64,000 nt of DNA from contig OZ024744.1 in assembly GCA_964016885.1 (NCBI GenBank), forward strand, positions 134,168,001-134,232,000. Reading direction: 5' to 3'. Both the position numbers and the translations under genes were made by a program. Shown piece after piece: positions 34,401-47,300 of the stretch (the first letter of the stretch is position 1; each line of letters begins with the position of its first letter). The notes beneath the pieces were generated by a model, which saw nothing but the letters and a program-made list of their open reading frames with translations, did not search any database and was not told the DNA's origin. The stretch comes from Eledone cirrhosa (Eukaryota).

Positions 34401-35313
34401 TAAGTTGGGGTTAAGTTAAGTCGGGGTTAAGTTAAGTTGGGGTTAAGTTAAGTTGGGGTTAATTTAAGTTGGGGTTAAGTTAAGTTGGGGTCAAGTTAAG
34501 TTGGGGTTAAGTTGGGGTTAAGTTAAGTTAGGTTTAAGTTAAGTTGGGGTTAAGTTAAGTTGGGGTTAAGTTAAGTTGGGGTTAAGTTAAGTTGGGGTTA
34601 AGTTAAGTTGGGGTTAAGTTAATTTGTGGTTAAGTTAAGTTGGGGTTAAGTTAAGTTGGGGTTAAGTTAAGTTGGGGTTAAGTTAAGTCGGGGTTAAGTT
34701 AAGTTGGGGTTAAGTTAAGTTGGGGTTAATTTAAGTTGGGGTTAAGTTAAGTTGGGGTTAAGTTAAGTTGGGGTTAAGTTAAGTTGGGGTTAAGTTAAGT
34801 TGGGGTTAAGTTAAGTTGGGGTTAAGTTAAGTTGGGGTTAAGTTAAGTTGGGGCTAAGTTAAGTTGGGGCTGAGTTAAGTTGGGGTTAAGTTAAGTTGGG
34901 CTTAATTTAAGTCGGGGTTAAGTTAAGTTAGGGTTCAGTTAAGTTGGGGTTAAGTTAAGTTGGGGTTAATTTAAGTTGGGGTTAAGTTAAGTCGGGGTTA
35001 AGTTAAGTTGGGGTTAAGTTAAGTTGGGGTTAAGTTAAGTCGGGGTTAAGTTAAGTTGGGGTTAAGTTAAGTTGGGGTTAATTTAAGTTGGGGTTAAGTT
35101 AAGTTGGGGTTAAGTTAAGTTGGGGTTAAGTTAAGATGGGGTTAATTTAAGTTGGGGTTAAGTTAAGTTGAGGTTAAGTTAAGTTGGGGTTAAATTAAGT
35201 TGGGGTTAAGGTAAGTTGGGGTTAAGTCAAGTTGGGGTTAAGTTAAGTTGGGGATAAGTTAAGTTGGGGATAATTTAAGTTGGGTTTAAGTTAAGTTGTG
35301 GTTAAGTTAAGTT

Positions 35314-38300
35314 GGGGTTAAGTTAAGTTGGGGTTAAGTTAAGTTGGGGTTAAGTTAAGTCGGGGTTAAGTTAAGTTGGGGTTAAGTTAAGTTGGGGTTA
35401 ATTTAAGTTGGGGTTAAGTTAAGTTGGGGTTAAGTTAAGTTGGGGTTAAGTTAAGATGGGGTTAATTTAAGTTGGGGTTAAGTTAAGTTGAGGTTAAGTT
35501 AAGTTGGGGTTAAATTAAGTTGGGGTTAAGTTAAGTTGGGGTTAAGTCAAGTTGGGGTTAAGTTAAGTTGGGGATAAGTTAAGTTGGGGATAATTTAAGT
35601 TGGGTTTGAGTTAAGTTGGGGTTAAGTTAAGTTGGGGTTAAGTTAAGTTGGGGTTAAGTTAAGTTGGGGTTAATTTAAGTTGGGGCTAAGTTAAGTTGGG
35701 ACTGAGTTAAGTTGGGGTTAAGTTAAGTTGGGGTTAATTTAAGTTGGGGTTAAGTTAAGTTGGGGTTAAGTTAAGTCGGGGTTAAGTTAAGTCGGGGTTA
35801 AGTTAAGTTAGGGTTCAGTTAAGTTGGGGTTAAGTTAAGTTGGGGTTGAGTTAAGTTGGGGTTGAGTTAAATTGGGGTTGAGTTAAGTTGGGGTTGAGTT
35901 AAGTTGGTGTTGAGTTAAGTTGGGGTTAAGTTAAGTTGGGGTTAAGTTAATTTGTGGTTAAGTTAAGTTGGGGTTAAGTTAAGTTGGGGTTAAGTTAAGT
36001 TGGGGTTAAGTTAAGTCGGGGTTAAGTTAAGTTGGGGTTGAGTTAAGTTGGGGTTAATTTAAGTTGGGGTTAAGTTAAGTTGGGGTTAAGTTAAGTTGGG
36101 GTTAAGTTAAGTTGGGGTTAAGTTATATTGAGGTTAAGTTAAGTTGGGGTTAAATTAAGTTGGGGTTAAGTTAAGTTGGGGTTAAGTTAAGTTGGGGTTA
36201 AGTTAAGTTGGGGATAAGTTAAGTTGGGGATAATTTAAGTTGGGGTTAAGTTAAGTTGGGTTTAAGTTAAGTTGGGGTTAAGTTAAGTTGGGGATAAGTT
36301 AAGTTGGGGTTAAGTTAAGTTGGGGTTAAGTTAAGTTGGGGTTAAGTTAAGTTGGGGCTAAGTTAAGTTGGGGCTGAGTTAAGTTGGGGTTAAGTTAAGT
36401 TGGGGTTAAGTTAAGTTGGGGTTAATTTAAGTTGGGGTTTATTTAAGTTGGGGTTACGTTAAGTTGGTGTTAAGTTAAGTTGGGGTTAATTTAAGTTGGG
36501 GTTAATTAAGTTGGGGTTAAGTTAAGTTGGGGTTAAGTTAAGTTGGGGTTAATTTAAGTTGGGGTTGAGTTAAGTTGGGGTTAAGTTAAGTTGGGGTTAT
36601 ATTAAGTTGGGGTTAAGTTAAGTTGGGGTTCAGTTAAGTTGGGTATAAGTTAAGTTGGGGTTAAGTTAAGTTGGGGTTAAGTTAAGTTGGGGTTAAGTTA
36701 AGTTGGTGTTAAGTTAAGTTGGGGCTAAGTTAAGTTGGGGCTGAGTTAAGTTGGGGCTGAGTTAAGTTGGGGTTAAGTTAAGTTGGGGTCAAGTTAAGTT
36801 GGGGTTAAGTTGGGGTTAAGTTAAGATGGGGTTAAGTTAAGTTGGGGTTAAGTTAAGTTGGGGTTAAGTTAATTTGTGGTTAAGTTAAGTTGGGGTTAAG
36901 TTAAGTTGGGGTTAAGTTAAGTTGGGGTTAAGTTAAGTCGGGGTTAAGTTAAGTTGGGGTTAAGTTAAGTTGGGGTTAATTTAAGTTGGGGTTAAGTTAA
37001 GTTGGGGTCAAGTTAAGTTGGGGTTAAGTTGGGGTTAAGTTAAGTTAGGTTTAAGTTAAGTTGGGGTTAAGTTAAGTTGGGGTTAAGTTAAGTTGGGGTT
37101 AAGTTAAGTTGGGGTTAAGTTAAGTTGGGGTTAAGTTAATTTGTGGTTAAGTTAAGTTGGGGTTAAGTTAAGTTGGGGTTAAGTTAAGTTGGGGTTAAGT
37201 TAAGTCGGGGTTAAGTTAAGTTGGGGTTAAGTTAAGTTGGGGTTAATTTAAGTTGGGGTTAAGTTAAGTTAGGGTTAAGTTAAGTTGGGGTTAAATTAAG
37301 TTGGGGTTAAGTTAAGTTGGGGTTAAGTCAAGTTGGGGTTAAGTTAAGTTGGGCATAAGTTAAGTTGGGGATAATTTAAGTTGGGGTTAAGTTAAGTTGG
37401 GTTTAAGTTAAGTTGGGGTTAAGTTAAGTTGGGGTTAAGTTAAGTTGGGGTTAAGTTAAGTTGGGGTTAAGTTAAGTTGGGGCTGAGTTAAGTTGGGGTT
37501 AAGTTAAGTTGGGCTTAATTTAAGTCGGGGTTAAGTTAAGTTAGGGTTCAGTTAAGTTGGGGTTAAGTTAAGTTGGGGTTAAGTTAAGTTGGGGTTAAGT
37601 TAAGTCGGGGTTAAGTTAAGTTGGGGTTAAGTTAAGTTGGGGTTAAGTTAAGTCGGGGTTAAGTTAAGTTGGGGTTAAGTTAAGTTGGGGTTAATTTAAG
37701 TTGGGGTTAAGTTAAGTTGGGGTTAAGTTAATTTGGGGTTAAGTTAAGATGGGGTTAATTTAAGTTGGGGTTAAGTTAAGTTGAGGTTAAGTTAAGTTGG
37801 GGTTAAATTAAGTTGGGGTTAAGTTAAGTTGGGGTTAAGTCAAGTTGGGGTTAAGTTAAGTTGGGGATAAGTTAAGTTGGGGATAATTTAAGTTGGGTTT
37901 AAGTTAAGTTGGGGTTAAGTTAAGTTGGGGTTAAGTTAAGTTGGGGTTAAGTTAAGTTGGGGTTAATTTAAGTTGGAGCTAAGTTAAGTTGGGACTGAGT
38001 TAAGTTGGGGTTAAGTTAAGTTGGGGTTAAGTTAAGTTGGGGTTAAGTTAAGTTGGAGTTTATTTAAGTTGGGGTTAAGTTAAGTTGGGGTTCAGTTAAG
38101 TTGGGGTTAAGTTAAGTTGGGGTTAAGATGGGGTTAAATTAAGTTGGGGTTAAGTTAAGTCGGGGTTAAGTTAAGTCGGGGTTAATTAAGTTAGGGTTCA
38201 GTTAAGTTGGGGTTAAGTTAAGTTGGGGTTGAGTTAAGTTGGGGTTGAGTTAAATTGGGGTTGAGTTAAGTTGGGGTTGAGTTAAGTTGGTTTTGAGTTA

Positions 38301-41300
38301 AGTTGGGGTTAAGTTAAGTTGGGGTTAAGTTAAGTTGCAGTTAAGTTAAGTTGAGGTTAAGTTAAGGTGCGGTTAAGTTAAGTTGGGGTTAAGTTAAGTT
38401 GGGGCTAAGTTAAGTTGGGGCTAAGTTAAGTTGGGGCTAAGTTAAGTTGGGGTTAAGTTAAGTCGAGGTTAAGTTAAGTTGGGGTTAAGTTAAGTTGAGG
38501 TTAATTTAATTTGGGGTTAAGTTAAGTTGGGGTTAAGTTAAGTTGGGGTTAAGTTAAGTTGGGGTTAAGTTAAGTTGGGTTTAAGTTAAGTTGCGGTTAA
38601 GTTAAGTTGGGGTCAAGTTAAGTTGGGGTTAAGTTAAGTTGGGGTTGAGTTAAGTTGGGGTTGAGTTAAATTGGCGTTGAGTTAAGTTGGGGTTGAGGTA
38701 AGTTGGTGTTGAGTTAAGTTGGGGTTAAGTTAAGTTGGGGTTAAGTTAAGTTGCAGTTAAGTTAAGTTGAGGTTAAGTTAAGGTGGGGTTAAGTTAAGTC
38801 GGGGTTAAGTTAAGTTGTGGTTGAGTTAAGTTGGGGTTAATTTAAGTTGGGGCTAAGTTAATTTGTGGTTAAGTTAAGTTGGGGTTAAGTTAAGTTGGGG
38901 TTAAGTTAAGTTGGGGTTGAGTTAAGTTGGGGTTGAGTTAATTTGGGGTTAAGTTAAGTTGGGGTTAAGTTAAGTTGGGTTTAAGTTAAGTTGGGGTTAA
39001 ATTAAGTTGGGGTTAAATTAAGTTGGGGTTAAGTTAAGTTGGGGGTAAGTTAAGTTGGGGTTAAGTTAAGTTGGGGTTAAGTTAAGTTGGGGTTAAATTA
39101 AGTTGGGGTTACGTTAAGTTGGTGTTAAGTTAAGTTGGGGTTAATTTAAGTTGGGGTTAATTAAGTTGGGGTTAAGTTAAGTTGGGGTTAAGTTAAGTTG
39201 GGGTTAAGTTAAGTTGGGGTTAAGTTAAGTTGGGGTTAAGTTAAGTTGGGGTTAAGTTAAGTTGAGGTTAAGTTAAGTTGGGGTTAAATTAAGTTGGGGG
39301 TAAGTTAAGTTGGGGTTAAGTTAAGTTGGGGTTAAGTTAAGTTGGGGTTAAGTTAAGTTGGGGTTAAGTTAAGTTGGGGTTAAGTTAAGTTGGTGTTAAG
39401 TTAAGTTGGGGCTAAGTTAAGTTGGGGCTGAGTTAAGTTGGGGCTGAGTTAAGTTGGGGTTAAGTTAAGTTGGGGTTGAGTTAAGTTGGGGTTAAGTTAA
39501 GTTGGGGTCAAGTTAAGTTGGGGTTAAGTTGGGGTTAAGTTAAGTTAGGTTTAAGTTAAGTTGGGGTTAAGTTAAGTTGGGGTTAAGTTAAGTTGGGGTT
39601 AAGTTAAGTTGGGGTTAAGTTAATTTGTGGTTAAGTTAAGTTGGGGTTAAGTTAAGTTGGGGTTAAGTTAAGTTGGGGTTAAGTTAAGTCGGGGTTAAGT
39701 TAAGTTGGGGTTAAGTTAAGTTGGGGTTAATTTAAGTTGGGGTTAAGTTAAGTTGGGGTTAAGTTAAGTTGGGGTTAAGTTAAGTTGGGGTTAAGTTAAG
39801 TTGGGGTTAAGTTAAGTTGAGGTTAAGTTAAGTTGGGGTTAAATTAAGTTGGGGTTAAGTTAAGTTGGGGTTAAGTTAAGTTGGGGTTAAGTTAAGTTAG
39901 GGATAAGTTAAGTTGGGGATAATTTAAGTTGGGGTTAAGTTAAGTTGGGTTTAAGTTAAGTTGGGGTTAAGTTAAGTTGGGGCTAAGTTAAGTTGGGGCT
40001 GAGTTAAGTTGGGGTTAAGTTAAGTTGGGCTTAATTTAAGTCGGGGTTAAGTTAAGTTAGGGTTCAGTTAAGTTGGGGTTAAGTTAAGTTGGGGTTAAGT
40101 TAAGTTGGGGTTAAGTTAAGTCGGGGTTAAGTTAAGTTGGGGTTAAGTTAAGTTGGGGTTAAGTTAAGTCGGGGTTAAGTTAAGTTGGGGTTAAGTTAAG
40201 TTGGGGTTAATTTAAGTTGGGGTTAAGTTAAGTTGGGGTTAAGTTAAGTTGGGGTTAAGTTAATATGGGGTTAATTTAAGTTGGGGTTAAGTTAAGTTGG
40301 GGTTAAGTTAAGTTGGGGTTAATTTAAGTTGGGGTTAAGTTAAGTTGGGGTTAAGTTAAGTCGGGGTTAAGTTAAGTCGGGGTTAAGTTAAGTTAGGGTT
40401 CAGTTAAGTTGGGGTTAAGTTAAGTTGGGGTTGAGTTAAGTTGGGGTTGAGTTAAATTGGGGTTGAGTTAAGTTGGGGTTGAGTTAAGTTGGTGTTGAGT
40501 TAAGTTGGGGTTAAGTTAAGTTGGGGTTAAGTTAATTTGTGGTTAAGTTAAGTTGGGGTTAAGTTAAGTTGGGGTTAAGTTAAGTTGGGGTTAAGTTAAG
40601 TCGGGGTTAAGTTAAGTTGGGGTTGAGTTAAGTTGGGGTTAATTTAAGTTGGGGTTAAGTTAAGTTGGGGTTAAGTTAAGTTGGGGTTAAGTTAAGTTGG
40701 GGTTAAGTTAAGTTGGGGTTAAGTTATATTGAGGTTAAGTTAAGTTGGGGTTAAATTAAGTTGGGGTTAAGTTAAGTTGGGGTTAAGTTAAGTTGGGGTT
40801 AAGTTAAGTTGGGGATAAGTTAAGTTGGGGATAATTTAAGTTGGGGTTAAGTTAAGTTGGGTTTAAGTTAAGTTGGGGTTAAGTTAAGTTGGGGATAAGT
40901 TAAGTTGGGGTTAAGTTAAGTTGGGGTTAAGTTAAGTTGGGGTTAAGTTAAGTTGGGGCTAAGTTAAGTTGGGGCTGAGTTAAGTTGGGGTTAAGTTAAG
41001 TTGGGGTTAAGTTAAGTTGGGGTTAATTTAAGTTGGGGTTTATTTAAGTTGGGGTTACGTTAAGTTGGTGTTAAGTTAAGTTGGGGTTAATTTAAGTTGG
41101 GGTTAATTAAGTTGGGGTTAAGTTAAGTTGGGGTTAAGTTAAGTTGGGGTTAATTTAAGTTGGGGTTGAGTTAAGTTGGGGTTAAGTTAAGTTGGGGTTA
41201 TATTAAGTTGGGGTTAAGTTAAGTTGGGGTTCAGTTAAGTTGGGTATAATTTAAGTTGGGGTTAAGTTAAGTTGGGGTTAAGTTAAGTTGGGGTTAAGTT

Positions 41301-44300
41301 AAGTTGGTGTTAAGTTAAGTTGGGGCTAAGTTAAGTTGGGGCTGAGTTAAGTTGGGGCTGAGTTAAGTTGGGGTTAAGTTAAGTTGGGGTCAAGTTAAGT
41401 TGGGGTTAAGTTGGGGTTAAGTTAAGTTAGGTTTAAGTTAAGATGGGGTTAAGTTAAGTTGGGGTTAAGTTAAGTTGGGGTTAAGTTAATTTGTGGTTAA
41501 GTTAAGTTGGGGTTAAGTTAAGTTGGGGTTAAGTTAAGTTGGGGTTAAGTTAAGTCGGGGTTAAGTTAAGTTGGGGTTAAGTTAAGTTGGGGTTAATTTA
41601 AGTTGGGGTTAAGTTAAGTTGGGGTCAAGTTAAGTTGGGGTTAAGTTGGGGTTAAGTTAAGTTAGGTTTAAGTTAAGTTGGGGTTAAGTTAAGTTGGGGT
41701 TAAGTTAAGTTGGGGTTAAGTTAAGTTGGGGTTAAGTTAAGTTGGGGTTAAGTTAATTTGTGGTTAAGTTAAGTTGGGGTTAAGTTAAGTTGGGGTTAAG
41801 TTAAGTTGGGGTTAAGTTAAGTCGGGGTTAAGTTAAGTTGGGGTTAAGTTAAGTTGGGGTTAATTTAAGTTGGGGTTAAGTTAAGTTAGGGTTAAGTTAA
41901 GTTGGGGTTAAATTAAGTTGGGGTTAAGTTAAGTTGGGGTTAAGTCAAGTTGGGGTTAAGTTAAGTTGGGCATAAGTTAAGTTGGGGATAATTTAAGTTG
42001 GGGTTAAGTTAAGTTGGGTTTAAGTTAAGTTGGGGTTAAGTTAAGTTGGGGTTAAGTTAAGTTGGGGTTAAGTTAAGTTGGGGTTAAGTTAAGTTGGGGT
42101 TAAGTTAAGTTGGGGCTGAGTTAAGTTGGGGTTAAGTTAAGTTGGGCTTAATTTAAGTCGGGGTTAAGTTAAGTTAGGGTTTAGTTAAGTTGGGGTTAAG
42201 TTAAGTTGGGGTTAAGTTAAGTTGGGGTTAAGTTAAGTCGGGGTTAAGTTAAGTTGGGGTTAAGTTAAGTTGGGGTTAAGTTAAGTCGGGGTTAAGTTAA
42301 GTTGGGGTTAAGTTAAGTTGGGGTTAATTTAAGTTGGGGTTAAGTTAAGTTGGGGTTAAGTTAATTTGGGGTTAAGTTAAGATGGGGTTAATTTAAGTTG
42401 GGGTTAAGTTAAGTTGAGGTTAAGTTAAGTTGGGGTTAAATTAAGTTGGGGTTAAGTTAAGTTGGGGTTAAGTCAAGTTGGGGTTAAGTTAAGTTGGGGA
42501 TAAGTTAAGTTGGGGATAATTTAAGTTGGGTTTAAGTTAAGTTGGGGTTAAGTTAAGTTGGGGTTAAGTTAAGTTGGGGTTAAGTTAAGTTGGGGTTAAG
42601 TTAAGTTGGAGTTTATTTAAGTTGGGGTTAAGTTAAGTTGGGGTTCAGTTAAGTTGGGGTTAAGTTAAGTTGGGGTTAAGATGGGGTTAAATTAAGTTGG
42701 GGTTAAGTTAAGTCGGGGTTAAGTTAAGTCGGGGTTAAGTTAAGTTAGGGTTCAGTTAAGTTGGGGTTAAGTTAAGTTGGGGTTGAGTTAAGTTGGGGTT
42801 GAGTTAAATTGGGGTTGAGTTAAGTTGGGGTTGAGTTAAGTTGGTTTTGAGTTAAGTTGGGGTTAAGTTAAGTTGGGGTTAAGTTAAGTTGCAGTTAAGT
42901 TAAGTTGAGGTTAAGTTAAGGTGCGGTTAAGTTAAGTTGGGGTTAAGTTAAGTTGGGGCTAAGTTAAGTTGGGGCTAAGTTAAGTTGGGGCTAAGTTAAG
43001 TTGGGGTTAAGTTAAGTCGAGGTTAAGTTAAGTTGGGGTTAAGTTAAGTTGAGGTTAATTTAATTTGGGGTTAAGTTAAGTTGGGGTTAAGTTAAGTTGG
43101 GGTTAAGTTAAGTTGGGGTTAAGTTAAGTTGGGTTTAAGTTAAGTTGCGGTTAAGTTAAGTTGGGGTCAAGTTAAGTTGGGGTTAAGTTAAGTTGGGGTT
43201 GAGTTAAGTTGGGGTTGAGTTAAATTGGCGTTGAGTTAAGTTGGGGTTGAGGTAAGTTGGTGTTGAGTTAAGTTGGGGTTAAGTTAAGTTGGGGTTAAGT
43301 TAAGTTGCAGTTAAGTTAAGTTGAGGTTAAGTTAAGGTGGGGTTAAGTTAAGTCGGGGTTAAGTTAAGTTGTGGTTGAGTTAAGTTGGGGTTAATTTAAG
43401 TTGGGGCTAAGTTAATTTGTGGTTAAGTTAAGTTGGGGTTAAGTTAAGTTGGGGTTAAGTTAAGTTGGGGTTGAGTTAAGTTGGGGTTGAGTTAATTTGG
43501 GGTTAAGTTAAGTTGGGGTTAAGTTAAGTTGGGTTTAAGTTAAGTTGGGGTTAAATTAAGTTGGGGTTAAATTAAGTTGGGGTTAAGTTAAGTTGGGGGT
43601 AAGTTAAGTTGGGGTTAAGTTAAGTTGGGGTTAAGTTAAGTTGGGGTTAAATTAAGTTGGGGTTACGTTAAGTTGGTGTTAAGTTAAGTTGGGGTTAATT
43701 TAAGTTGGGGTTAATTAAGTTGGGGTTAAGTTAAGTTGGGGTTAAGTTAAGTTGGGGTTAAGTTAAGTTGGGGTTAAGTTAAGTTGGGGTTAAGTTAAGT
43801 TGAGGTTAAGTTAAGTTGGGGTTAAATTAAGTTGGGGGTAAGTTAAGTTGGGGTTAAGTTAAGTTGGGGTTAAGTTAAGTTGGGGTTAAGTTAAGTTGGG
43901 GTTAAGTTAAGTTGGGGTTAAGTTAAGTTGGTGTTAAGTTAAGTTGGGGCTAAGTTAAGTTGGGGCTGAGTTAAGTTGGGGCTGAGTTAAGTTGGGGTTA
44001 AGTTAAGTTGGGGTTGAGTTAAGTTGGGGTTAAGTTAAGTTGGGGTCAAGTTAAGTTGGGGTTAAGTTGGGGTTAAGTTAAGTTAGGTTTAAGTTAAGTT
44101 GGGGTTAAGTTAAGTTGGGGTTAAGTTAAGTTGGGGTTAAGTTAAGTTGGGGTTAAGTTAATTTGTGGTTAAGTTAAGTTGGGGTTAAGTTAAGTTGGGG
44201 TTAAGTTAAGTTGGGGTTACGTTAAGTCGGGGTTAAGTTAAGTTGGGGTTAAGTTAAGTTGGGGTTAATTTAAGTTGGGGTTAAGTTAAGTAGGGGTTAA

Positions 44301-47300
44301 GTTAAGTTGGGGTTAAGTTAAGTTGGGGTTAAGTTAAGTTGGGGTTAAGTTAAGTTGAGGTTAAGTTAAGTTGGGGTTAAATTAAGTTGGGGTTAAGTTA
44401 AGTTGGGGTTAAGTTAAGTTGGGGTTAAGTTAAGTTAGGGATAAGTTAAGTTGGGGATAATTTAAGTTGGGGTTAAGTTAAGTTGGGTTTAAGTTAAGTT
44501 GGGGTTAAGTTAAGTTGGGGCTAAGTTAAGTTGGGGCTGAGTTAAGTTGGGGTTAAGTTAAGTTGGGCTTAATTTAAGTCGGGGTTAAGTTAAGTTAGGG
44601 TTCAGTTAAGTTGGGGTTAAGTTAAGTTGGGGTTAAGTTAAGTTGGGGTTAAGTTAAGTCGGGGTTAAGTTAAGTTGGGGTTAAGTTAAGTTGGGGTTAA
44701 GTTAAGTCGGGGTTAAGTTAAGTTGGGGTTAAGTTAAGTTGGGGTTAATTTAAGTTGGGGTTAAGTTAAGTTGGGGTTAAGTTAAGTTGGGGTTAAGTTA
44801 ATATGGGGTTAATCTAAGTTGGGGTTAAGTTAAGTTGAGGTTAAGTTAAGTTGGGGTTAAATTAAGTTGGGGTTAAGTTAAGTTGGGGTTAAGTCAAGTT
44901 GGGGTTAAGTTAAGTTGGGGATAAGTTAAGTTGGGGATAATTTAAGTTGGGTTTAAGTTAAGTTGGGGTTAAGTTAAGTTGGGGTTAAGTTAAGTTGGGG
45001 TTAATTTAAGTTGGGGCTAAGTTAAGTTGGGACTGATTTAAGTTGGGGTTAAGTTAAGTTGGGGTTAAGTTAAGTTGGGGTTAAGTTAAGTTGGAGTTTA
45101 TTTAAGTTGGGGTTAAGTTATGTTGGGGTTCAGTTAAGTTGGGGTTAAGTTAAGTTGGGGTTAAGATGGGGTTAAATTAAGTTGGGGTTAAGTTAAGTTG
45201 GGGTTAATTTAAGTTGGGGTTCAGTTAAGTTGGGGTTAAGTTAAGTCGGGGTTAAGTTAAGTCGGGGTTAAGTTAAGTTAGGGTTCAGTTAAGTTGGGGT
45301 TAAGTTAAGTTGGGGTTGAGTTAAGTTGGGGTTGAGTTAAATTGGGGTTGAGTTAAGTTGGGGTTGAGTTAAGTTGGTGTTGAGTTAAGTTGGGGTTAAG
45401 TTAAGTTGGGGTTAAGTTAATTTGTGGTTAAGTTAAGTTGGGGTTAAGTTAAGTTGGGGTTAAGTTAAGTTGGGGTTAAGTTAAGTCGGGGTTAAGTTAA
45501 GTTGGGGTTGAGTTAAGTTGGGGTTAATTTAAGTTGGGGTTAAGTTAAGTTGGGGTTAAGTTAAGTTGGGGTTAAGTTAAGTTGGGGTTAAGTTAAGTTG
45601 GGGTTAAGTTAAGTTGGGGTTAAATTAAGTTGGGGTTAAGTTAAGTTGGGGTTAAGTTAAGTTGGGGTTAAGTTAAGTTGGGGATAAGTTAAGTTGGGGA
45701 TAATTTAAGTTGGGGTTAAGTTAAGTTGGGTTTAAGTTAAGTTGGGGTTAAGTTAAGTTGGGGATAAGTTAAGTTGGGGTTAAGTTAAGTTGGGGTTAAG
45801 TTAAGTTGGGGTTAAGTTAAGTTGGGGCTAAGTTAAGTTGGGGCTGAGTTAAGTTGGGGTTAAGTTAAGTTGGGGTTAAGTTAAGTTGGGGTTAATTTAA
45901 GTTGGGGTTTATTTAAGTTGGGGTTACGTTAAGTTGGTGTTAAGTTAAGTTGGGGTTAATTTAAGTTGGGGTTAATTAAGTTGGGGTTAAGTTAAGTTGG
46001 GGTTAATTTAAGTTGGGGTTGAGTTAAGTTGGGGTTAAGTTAAGTTGGGGTTATATTAAGTTGGGGTTAAGTTAAGTTGGGGTTCAGTTAAGTTGGGTAT
46101 AAGTTAAGTTGGGGTTAAGTTAAGTTGGGGTTAAGTTAAGTTGGGGTTAAGTTAAGTTGGTGTTAAGTTAAGTTGGGGCTAAGTTAAGTTGGGGCTGAGT
46201 TAAGTTGGGGCTGAGTTAAGTTGGGGTTAAGTTAAGTTGGGGTCAAGTTAAGTTGGGGTTAAGTTGGGGTTAAGTTAAGTTAGGTTTAAGTTAAGATGGG
46301 GTTAAGTTAAGTTGGGGTTAAGTTAAGTTGGGGTTAAGTTAATTTGTGGTTCAGTTAAGTTGGGGTTAAGTTAAGTTGGGGTTAAGTTAAGTTGGGGTTA
46401 AGTTAAGTCGGGGTTAAGTTAAGTTGGGGTTAAGTTAAGTTGGGGTTAATTTAAGTTGGGGTTAAGTTAAGTTGGGGTCAAGTTAAGTTGGGGTTAAGTT
46501 GGGGTTAAGTTAAGTTAGGTTTAAGTTAAGTTGGGGTTAAGTTAAGTTGGGGTTAAGTTAAGTTGGGGTTAAGTTAAGTTGGGGTTAAGTTAAGTTGGGG
46601 TTAAGTTAATTTGTGGTTAAGTTAAGTTGGGGTTAAGTTAAGTTGGGGTTAAGTTAAGTTGGGGTTAAGTTAAGTCGGGGTTAAGTTAAGTTGGGGTTAA
46701 GTTAAGTTGGGGTTAATTTAAGTTGGGGTTAAGTTAAGTTGGGGTTAAGTTAAGTTGGGGTTAAATTAAGTTGGGGTTAAGTTAAGTTGGGGTTAAGTCA
46801 AGTTGGGGTTAAGTTAAGTTGGGCATAAGTTAAGTTGGGGATAATTTAAGTTGGGGTTAAGTTAAGTTGGGGTTAAGTTAAGTTGGGGTTAAGTTAAGTT
46901 GGGGTTAATTTAAGTTGGGGCTAAGTTAAGTTGGGACTGAGTTAAGTTGGGGTTAAGTTAAGTTGGGGTTAAGTTAAGTTGGGGTTAAGTTAAGTTGGAG
47001 TTTATTTAAGTTGGGGTTAAGTTAAGTTGGGGTTCAGTTAAGTTGGGGTTAAGTTAAGTTGGGGTTAAGATGGGGTTAAATTAAGTTGGGGTTAAGTTAA
47101 GTTGGGGTTAATTTAAGTTGGGGTTAAGTTAAGTTGGGGTTAAGTTAAGTCGGGGTTAAGTTAAGTCGGGGTTAAGTTAAGTTAGGGTTCAGTTAAGTTG
47201 GGGTTAAGTTAAGTTGGGGTTGAGTTAAGTTGGGGTTGAGTTAAATTGGGGTTGAGTTAAGTTGGGGTTGAGTTAAGTTGGTGTTGAGTTAAGTTGGGGT

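Larger units (their letters stand above)
18000..35313 (+). repeat. 17.3-kb tandem duplication, copy 1
   Basis: Offset 17314 at GGGTTTGAG (18291/35605) and ATATTGAGG (18811/36125). Offset 17298 at ATATTGAGG (23428/40726), AATCTAAG (27516/44814), GACTGATT (27734/45032), GGGGGCAAG (32931/50229), AATATGTGG (33446/50744) and TTTATGTT (34210/51508). Confidence 0.93.
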